Shown here: one piece after another, positions 55,301-64,000 of the stretch
Numbering within the stretch: position 1 is the first letter of the stretch
Layout of the letters: each line of letters begins with the position of its first letter
Source of the DNA: Intoshia linei
Lineage: Eukaryota; Animalia; Orthonectida
Direction: 5' to 3'
Assembly: GCA_001642005.1 (NCBI GenBank)
Contig: LWCA01000063.1
Span: forward strand, 1 to 64,000
DNA: 64,000 nucleotides
Translations under genes and position numbers: made by a program
The notes under the pieces: generated by a model
The model's database searches: none
The model's input: only the letters and a program-made list of their open reading frames with translations
Told to the model about the DNA's origin: nothing

Positions 55301-57496
55301 GTAAATTAATTTTTTCAATTTTCAATTCTCCTGGTTTGGGTAACGCTGGTATATTTTGGTTCAATAGAAACAATCGTATAATTAATTATTACAAAAAATG
55401 GTTTGATTGTATTTGTGGTTATAAGATTTTGATTCTAAAAGTTTAATTTTTGCAAAAGGCAATGAATTGGATAAATTAGTGGTAATTTCTTACTTTTTAT
55501 TTAATGTTTCCAAGGGTGGTAAAAAATTAATTATAAAATTATTGAGACACTGAGTTGTTTATAATAATTATTATAATAATGTATATATGTTTAAACAGGA
55601 AATGTTGGATTTATTGGGTGTACCTTGGGTACAGGCTCCATATGAAGCTGAAGCACAATGTGCTTACTTGGATGTAGAAAATCAATGCGATGGTATCATT
55701 GGAAACGATTCCGACTATTGGGCTTTCGGAGGAAAGCGACTGTACAAAAATTTATTTCATTCTCAAAAAGAAGCTAAATTTTACAGTAACTCTCAAATAC
55801 AGCATAAATTTGGTAAGTAATATTTTTTGTTCAAATACAGTATCAATGTCATGTCAAGTTTTCATCAATTCGAAATACTAAATCTGGAAATTTGCTGTCA
55901 ATGTAATAAATACTTTTAGATTTAAATAGGGACAAATGCGTAGCATTTGCTCTCATGTGTGGCTGTGATTATACACCTGGTATTTACGGTTTAGGGCCAA
56001 AAAAATGTCTAAATTTCTTGAATCATCATTGGAAAGGAAATATCGAGACTAGTTTAGATTATATGAAGGATATTATTGATAACATTATGAAATTAAAATT
56101 GAATGATAATTTCCGGTAAAATTTTTGATTTTGACAAATGCATGTAAATAATATAATATTTTGTATAAAAACATAAATTTTATACAAAAACACAATTTTA
56201 AATTACATTTGGTTTCCATATTTTCCTATAGTAAATGTTAAAGATATTTTTGTACAAGCGACAGATTATGATAATGTATACATAAATGTATTACATCACA
56301 AAATGTATTCTTAATGTATTCAAAATGTATACACATTGTAGTTATTAAGTGGATAATATAATTTTTAGTTTTCCAGATGGAAATGTCATTGAATTATTCA
56401 AAAACCCGAATATTGTAAAAGAAAAGTTTACATTTAAATGGTTCATGCCTCAACTTGATAATCTCTGTCAGTAAGTTACCATTTTTATTTTATTAATTCA
56501 AATACTACTGCCCAAAGTGAACATGTTATTAGATAAGTATATAACATTTAACGGTCCTTATTTATCCATAGTCTAGAACAGTGGTTCCCAAACTTTTTCC
56601 ACCATGGACCACTTGTCACAAAAAAATGTGCGTGGACCACATAATTTTTTAAAAAAACCATTAAATATTGAAAAAAATTGAGTAATTAATCAAAAATGAC
56701 AATACAAAAAAAATAAGATGTTTTGCAAATTTTAATATTTTAGTAAAATTTAATTTTACTACATTTCTATTATCATGTGCTATGATAGCACATGATTCAC
56801 ACACAAATTCCCTCTACAATTGCAAATTTACACGAATATATTGCTTTGACTTAAAAAGGTTCCACTGTATGTAATTATATAATTTTAAAAAAATCTAATT
56901 TTAGGGCAGTTTTTTCCTACAAATGGTTTATAATAAATTTCTAAATTCATTGTCAAAAACAGAATGTATCATTTTATTACCGATTATTTATTTATTTTGC
57001 AAATTATTTCATTAAAATGTAAAATATTTTAATTTTATGTATATTGTATCCTAAAAGTAAAGAGCTTACTAGAAATTTAATTTGATTATCCAACCGAAAA
57101 AGTTATAATATATACCCAAAAAATATAAAATTTTAACTTTTAATTAAAATAAATATATTTAGATATTTATCTACTCGGACAAGTTTAAATGAATTTAAAA
57201 TTAGAAATTATTTGACTCCGATAATTGAAAATTTTGATTCGATAAAAAAAGTAAAATAATATTTAGAAAAAAAGTCAAAATATTCAATTACTTCTGGGTA
57301 TATGGAGATAAAGATTTTTTGAATTTGAATTGCTTAATAATGATAACATCAAAATTTGAGTAAAAAAAAAGTTTAGTAATGAGACCTGTAAATAGTAATA
57401 CCTGGAAACTGATAAATAAAATTTAAATGTGTTAAATTATAATTATAGGTACAACCAAAAATAACAACAAGTCTCATAAAGAAAGTGAAAAAATAA
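52312..57496 (+). CDS. ERCC5: XPG structure-specific endonuclease (multi-exon)
   Basis: N-domain MGICGLWSVIEKCG..TVDISIWIQQ..KLLNFGIQPIFVFDG. An acidic spacer (ORFs 54253, 54936) separates it from the I-domain GVPWVQAPYEAEAQCAYLD..NDSDYWAFGG..YKNLF and H2TH GCDYTPGIYGLG. The spacer and the DISIW and YKNLF motifs favour XPG over GEN1. Confidence 0.85.
52611..52940. mobile_element. MITE with GC-rich termini in XPG intron 1
   Basis: caggggcagatcca ... tgaatccgccacta; subterminal ggggtgcaa repeats. Confidence 0.6.
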
Positions 57497-57514
57497 TGTA
57501 TATACAAAATAAAA

Positions 57515-58540
57515 TTAATTTCCTTTACCAGCTTTTATGGCACCACAAAATAGATTGAGGTAATAAGTAATGCTTTCCATCGTGTCGTCATTACCTGGAA
57601 TTGGATATGTGATATAACTTGGGTCACTATCGCTATCCACGACACCAACGAGAGGTATATTTAACTTCGCCGCTTCCTTTACAACTGAATGTTGTTCGTA
57701 AACGCTGAAATTTGATCCCAACAATATAACCACGTCTGGAAGTCTAACGAAAAATCCAAATTTATTGGTAGAGTTTGTAAAGGTTGTGTTGCGCCATAAA
57801 TGACAATGTGAATATTCGCCTACTTTTTCTACTTCATTTTCAATAAGAGGAGAAAATCGACGATTGTTGCAAACAAATAAAATTATTCCATTTTGTTGAG
57901 AAATTTCATAAACAAAATTTAAACTATCCAGTAATTGCAATTTTGTAATAGTCATGTCGAGTATGTCGGTACCTTAAATATACTTTTAAAATTATCAAAA
58001 TGATATATAATTTTGAATAAATTAAAAAATTAAATTATTATTTAATGGATCCCAAAAAGTATTGAAAATTATGCAAATTCAATCAAATATAAGAAAAAAT
58101 TTAAAATTTATCGCAATATATCCCGAATATTGAAATTTCCTGATTTGGATCATAAGTAGATCATGGAACTGTCACTGAATCTTTTGAACAAGTGGATCAT
58201 GAACTCCCTTGAATCAAAATGGATATATTGTACCTATTCTAGTTCCATAAATAAATTGTTTCATTAAATCATGACTAAGTGAAAATTAATAACATTTCAA
58301 ATTTGTAGAAATTTACCGACACTCTTCTCGGTGACCCAAATGGCATTTATTTTTAACTAGATTTGATAATGTAACATTTTTTAAAATTTTGTAAATATTC
58401 TCTGATTTTTTCTGGATTGTGTCATTTTCTACTTTTTGTGGTATACTCTCGAGTGGTACGGTACTTGTCGAAAGATTTTTGATGCATCTTTTCCATTTTT
58501 GAAAATTTACATGTTTTGTATTTGAACGTAAACTAAACAT
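57515..58540 (-). CDS. MRPS2: Mitochondrial ribosomal protein uS2m (3 exons)
   Basis: Basic presequence MFSLRSNTK, then CHLGHR, MKQFIYG, ILFV, RLPDVVILL and EAAKLNIPLVGVVDSDSDPSYITYPIPGNDDT. Confidence 0.93.
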
Positions 58541-59108
58541 TGTCAACTTTATTATTTCATATTTGTGAATTACATTTTGAAATTTTCAAGTTTTAATTTG
58601 CGATTATTCAGTTATGTAGAATTTTATGGAAAACTAGCTTGAGGTTATTAATATTTTATATATTAATATTTAACCTTGGAATGTCCCAAGGAAATAACAT
58701 TTTGTACATATTGACGGGCGGATAACTTAAATTTTTGATTGGGGTTAATCATTCTATTGGTTAATATTCATAATTAATAATAATTTTTTTAACTATTTTT
58801 TGAAAGATAATATAAAAAGTAAAATTTTTTTATTCAAAAACTAAGCCATAATGTATACAAATTAACTATTAACAGTTGTCAATTAAATTAAAATAATTAT
58901 TAACAAAATATATAAAAAATTAAATTTATTATATTTACTTTTTAACAAATAGTCCAAATTATAAGATAGTTTATAGACAAAAATAATATAACAATACTAC
59001 ATGTAGTTATTTATAAAACTAAACTCAACAAATTCGCTATTTGTGAAATTTGTTGATGCACGAAATGTTCAATTGTTAGGGATATTTTGTAAACATCTTT
59101 AGTTGGAT

Positions 59109-62057
59109 ATGAGAAAATTGAAATGTTTAATTTTTGTAATAATCTCTACCATTTTAATGACCCTATTATTAAACATTTGTAAAATTCTAAATTTTGATCA
59201 TTTTCAACAAATTGAATTATTAAATTATTCTCTAAAAAAATTAAAATTGCGCGAACGATATTGCCTCAATTCATTGCAAACTGGATTATATTTTTATAGA
59301 CAACGTCCAAAAATACAAGAATTTGAATTTAACATTTCAACTTGTCTGATTTACTCATTTAGTCCAAATATCGAAGAGAATGTTGCCGAAAAATTGTTGG
59401 AGAAAAAAAAGGAAAATATATTAGTTGCCAATTCTCCAGCCATAATTTGGTTCAAAGACAAACTTTTTTTATTAATTCGAATTTGGTTGGTAAACGAAAG
59501 ATATGATGGAGCGAGTGTTCACATTGAACCGCACAATACATTTGCAGACAATTTTTTTTATACTCGTCAATACAATTATAAAATGAAACCAATTACTGTG
59601 GGTCGATTGTTGGGCATGGCTACTGGTATTAAATGGCCAATTGGTTCTGGTCCCATTGAACCCAGGCTCTTTGTTGTAGAAAACAAATTGTATGCGTCTT
59701 TTAATGCTGCAATTTCTGTCAATAATTCTTTTTCTATGGATTCTACATATTTGTGGAGTTTTGAAGATGAAAAAATTTTATATCCACAAATTTTAGAATC
59801 TAATATTCTTCTTCAAGGTCTTAAAAGTGATGGTAATTTTTTAACCTTTTATTACTTTATATTAAACTAGGTTGACTGTTATGTACTACGTACAAACAGG
59901 ACCTAACTCTACCGAGGGTACATTTTTATTCTACCAAAAAAATATTCATAAATTCACGTTTAAAATCTAACTTAAAAATCCTACTATTCACTATTATAAT
60001 ATGATAATTATCAATCTTTTAAAGGAGTGGTTTTCAAATTTGTTTCAGGTGGAACCATCATATCACATTACTTTTGACTTTAAAGTGAATTATTCCATCT
60101 TAATTTTTTTGTTAACATTTACGAAAAGAATTTCAAAAACAATTATACCATTTTTTTGATTTATTAGACAGAATGTGTTAACAAATACTTAAAAATACCA
60201 ATTATGTATCAATAACTAACCGAATCTTCACTTTACTACCAAAATAAAGTACAATTTGTATGGAATTTACTAAAATAAAGTATTTGCTACCAAAATAACG
60301 TAAATTAACTCAATATAAAAATGATATTAACAAAGTTGTATGACTTTTAGTTTCGTTGTTGTAGTTTCTATTTAAATTTTATTTTATTTTGAAAATGACA
60401 ATTTGAAATTTAAATATTGCGTAGCAATGAAAAAAATTCCGAAGGAATGAATTATATAGATTTTCACCCATATGTCTTTATTGAAAATGTGTAGAGGTTC
60501 AGTGCACATTTTTTTTAAAATTGTAGGATCAATGTTTTCAATTTTTATTTTAATCAAAATATTTGAAAAATATTGGTTGATAATATATAAAAGTATTTTT
60601 CACCCGCGAATGCGTAGATTTCTCAGGTTGAACTTTTGTATATATATCAACTGGTATAAGCTATATCAGAATAATCTTCTTTTTTTTAATTTTTGGACCG
60701 CAAATTATTTCACATTTTTTATTATAATAAAATATTTTGGAAAAAAATATATGAATACTAAAATGCTTTTTTGACCATGAAGTCATCACTTATTCGGATT
60801 GAATTTTTTTGTGTGTGTTAACAGGATACAACTGTACCACCTGTAAATTTTTTGAAATTCTAGGGCTGTTTTCATTAAAAAAAGAAAGGTAATTTGGGGT
60901 TTTGTCCCTGAAGATATAATTTTTTTAAATTTAAATTTATGGTAATGTTTATGATTTTAAAATCCGTATCGACGTATATATTTTTTTAAATTCTCCAACT
61001 GGTTTGATTTTCAAAAAGAAGGACAACTGGGGTTTTTGACCCATAAGATGTGAAATTGGGAGGTTGAAATTTATCTTAATATACGTCTCGGAAAAAACTG
61101 TAATTGAAATATGGTATTTAAAAAATTTTAAGACGGGTAGTTATTTAAATAAAGCGTAACACACACTCACACAAACAAAAATCGCGTAGCCTTTTATATA
61201 ATTTAGGGTTGTAAGTGAAGTATTTTACTGTTTTGATATTTTATAACAACAATTTAATTTAAATTTAAACTCTAGGAATGGTTCGAGACAAGCATTGGAT
61301 GGCTTTGTCACCAAGTAATATAAAACAGTCTACCGAGAAAACAATTTTGAAAGGTGAAAATATTTATTTTGTTCAGTCGTTGGACCCATTATTAATAATG
61401 AAATGCTACAGGACAAAATCATCAAAATTGCCATGCTATTACACTCGCACAAGTTGTGTCTATAAAAACTATGAACAAAAGTTTAACAGTGCAATATTTC
61501 ACGATATAAAATCTCATTTACGTGGCGGAACACCATTTATCCAACACGATCCAGATTACCCACAGTATTATATATCTATAGCTCATTCAACTTATTTTTT
61601 ACAAAATGGTACAAGATATTACACTACAAATTTCATAATAATGTATGTCTGCGACAATGAAAATTTGGTGAACGACTCAAATTTACATTTATCCGACTCA
61701 GATTGTTCTCGAATTATTTATATTAGTGACGATTTAAAAATTGACACAAAAGTTATGGAAAAGTATCCTATTCTAAGGAGTAAATATATACATTATAATT
61801 TTATTTTTCCAGTTTCACTTATTTCTGAATATCCTCATTTTATAATGGGAGTTCATGTAAATGATTATGCTAGTGTTTTGATTAAATTGAAACATTTCGG
61901 TAAATTGGTTGATGAAATTATACAATTTGATATTTCCAACAGTATATATATTCATGATATTCCTTTCGATCAAAAAAATTTTTTAAATCCATATTTTCTC
62001 AATAAAATTATGGCTATTCGTACGGTGAATCAATCTGGGTTACCTTTGGAGATTTAA
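59109..62057 (+). CDS. Type II membrane protein with GT91/GH130-like five-bladed propeller motifs (putative beta-mannosyltransferase/phosphorylase); exons 59109-59832 and 61276-62057
   Basis: N-terminal signal anchor, then NSPAII, GPIEPRLF, RDKHWM, LRGGTPF and ISIAHS. These recall the GPEDPR / EKNW / RGGT motif series of this fold. The phase-1 intron is consistent (G|GA). Confidence 0.6.
59867..61200 (-). mobile_element. Near full-length non-autonomous Helitron (~1.33 kb) inside an intron
   Basis: The minus-strand 3' end is CTAG|t at 59867-70, preceded by hairpin ctgttatgtac-tac-gtacaaacag (59876-59899). The 5' end has tatata..gctacgcgatttttgtttgtgtg. No TIR or TSD. Confidence 0.85.
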
Positions 62058-62184
62058 TTATATTTGTTTGTATATAGAGTATTACAAGTGTTATATAGTA
62101 TACTATATAATATGTAATATATTTAATTAAATTTATTATATTCCATGTTGTTTTTTCAATAGTTTTAGTTTGTGTTCTTTTAGA

Positions 62185-62415
62185 TTACTTTATATTTTCT
62201 TTTACTGTAGTATAAATATTGTTTTTCAACTTTTCAAGTTGGTTCACTTTTGTCTCAATGAATGACGTCTTCTTCGTGTGTGAAACTTTTACACCAATTA
62301 TTATAGATATTAATATTATAACTATCAATATTATGGCAACAATTGCTAGTTGGCATTTTCTTTTTTTGTACCATTTTGGGGGTGAACCTGTTTCGTCTAA
62401 AAGTTTAATTATCAT
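62185..62415 (-). CDS. Small single-pass membrane protein or terminal exon, unknown function
   Basis: PPKWYKKRK followed by a ~20-aa hydrophobic helix and a short charged tail; no recognised family. Confidence 0.4.
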   Translation of the reverse strand: MIIKLLDETGSPPKWYKKRKCQLAIVAIILIVIILISIIIGVKVSHTKKTSFIETKVNQLEKLKNNIYTTVKENIK

Positions 62416-62488
62416 TTTTCAGGTTGAATTAATTTTAATTTCATACATGAATTGACATTTAAAAACTTATTATCATAATATATTCATG

Positions 62489-62950
62489 CTAGGTTGACTG
62501 TTATGTACTACGTACAAACAGCACCTAGCTCTGCTGAGGGCACATTTTTATTCAACCAAAAAAATATGTTCACGTTGAAAATCTAACTTAAAAATCCTAC
62601 TATTCACTAAACTAACTCACTACATTAAAAAAAGAAGGGTAATTTGGGGTTTTGGCCCTGAAGATATAATTTTTTTAAATTTAAATTCATGATAATGTTT
62701 ATGATTTTAAAATCTGTATCAGCGTATATATTTTTTTAAATTCTCCAACTCGTTTGATTTTCAAAAAAAGAGGACAATTGGGGTTTTTGACCCGTAAGAT
62801 GTGAGTTTTGGAGATTGAAATTTATTTTGCAAACACCCGGAAAAACTGTAATTGAAATGTGGATTTTATAAAATTCTAAGACGGGTAGTTATTTAAATAA
62901 AGCGGAACACACACACACAAACAAAAATCGCGTAGCATATTATATAAGGA
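62489..62950 (-). mobile_element. Internally deleted Helitron copy retaining both termini
   Basis: Same CTAG plus hairpin end (62489) and TC start (62950); about 0.85 kb of the interior is missing, with the junction near 62620. Confidence 0.85.
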
Positions 62951-64000
62951 ATTATCAGAGTTGCCAGATTAAAAAGTTCATATTACGTACAATTATGCGT
63001 TGGAAAATTTAAACTTAAATTTAAAAACTTCAAATTGATTGACTAGAAATAATCATTATTTACATTGTGAATATAAAATTTTTAATTTTACTTTATTTAA
63101 CATATTAGCACATTAACCATTTTAGGCACTTTTTCGAACTTTAGGTAGTGCGACCAGAAGTCCGACTTTTGGCACTGTTCCAAAGTCGTACTTTGTCGTA
63201 GTAAATAAACTTATAAATGGAAATTTAACTTAAATGTTCATTTTTCTAATTAAAAATTAATCTAAAACATATTTTGTTTCTAAGCAATAAAAATACTACT
63301 TTTAGTACGACAAAAATATGGTCAGCCTACTTTACGACGTGAATCTGATTTCACCATAGAGTTCAGAATAAAATTCTCTTCCATGTGCACTAAATTTGAC
63401 TTTGCATTAAAAAAAAGTTTTTTTTTTTGACTGTGTTGTTAATAAAATTTATCGTTCATAAAAGATCCAAGCTTAGGTCAACGTATTATTTAACACTTTA
63501 ACCATAAAGTAGAAAATGTAGTTAATTGAGTTTTACTTATTTATTATTTATTAACAAGTAAACAACTTAACTTAACTATGTATTTTTAACACGAAAACAC
63601 ATTTTGCCATCACTGGTATAGACTAATACTAAATGTATAGTGTAAGTAAGATTGGTAATACATTGTACATTTGTATAATTGTTTTTAAAATTTGAACGAA
63701 ATTTATTTCCCTGATTTTCAAAATTTTACGATAATTTTATACAGTTTTGTATTAGTTTTTCCGTTACGAATGTATATTTAGTACACACATGTTATCATGT
63801 TAAAATTTAGACGTATAATTAGATTATTGAAATTTAAATTACCCAATCCGCTATAATCCATTATATATATAATTGAAATGTTATGTATTTAAAATATGCC
63901 TTCGAATGTATGAAATATTTAACTTTACGTAATTAAAAGTTAATAAAGTCAATATATACTTGTTAAAAATAAAGTACAAACTACATGTAAAATTATGGGT

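Noticed and set aside
60472-60774. Similar ORFs at 768..950 and 60472..60774 suggesting a peptide family
   Set aside because: Both are chance readings of the Helitron body; other copies are frameshifted.

Overview
Very AT-rich eukaryotic (metazoan) genomic DNA read in the standard code. Introns are GT-AG and fall into two classes: about 35-50 nt, or inflated to 0.3-4 kb by transposon debris. The fast-evolving animal genes and tiny introns fit a reduced parasitic invertebrate such as the orthonectid Intoshia; that is an inference, not a demonstration. Manually spliced genes, in order: divergent DDX19/Dbp5-like helicase 3' part (+), HMMR/RHAMM (+), CCDC170 (+), SLC23 nucleobase/ascorbate transporter (-), divergent kinesin-1 heavy chain (-), 26/29-kDa-type cathepsin L-like protease (-), two tandem tiny Cys-rich 'CxW' peptide genes absent from the ORF track (-), GPR158/179-like class C GPCR (-), XPG/ERCC5 (+), MRPS2 (-), and a type II membrane GT91/GH130-like propeller protein (+). 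Introns and intergenic DNA hold a multi-copy non-autonomous Helitron, hAT, pogo and piggyBac-type MITEs, and transposase relics. Most notable are the pair of mini, probably GPI-anchored CxW surface peptides and an apparent loss of regulatory modules in otherwise intact genes: kinesin IAK motif, cathepsin I29 prodomain, GPCR ectodomain and XPG PIP-box aromatics. The transporter also has a non-canonical NAT specificity residue. All homology calls are from remembered motifs; no searches were run.
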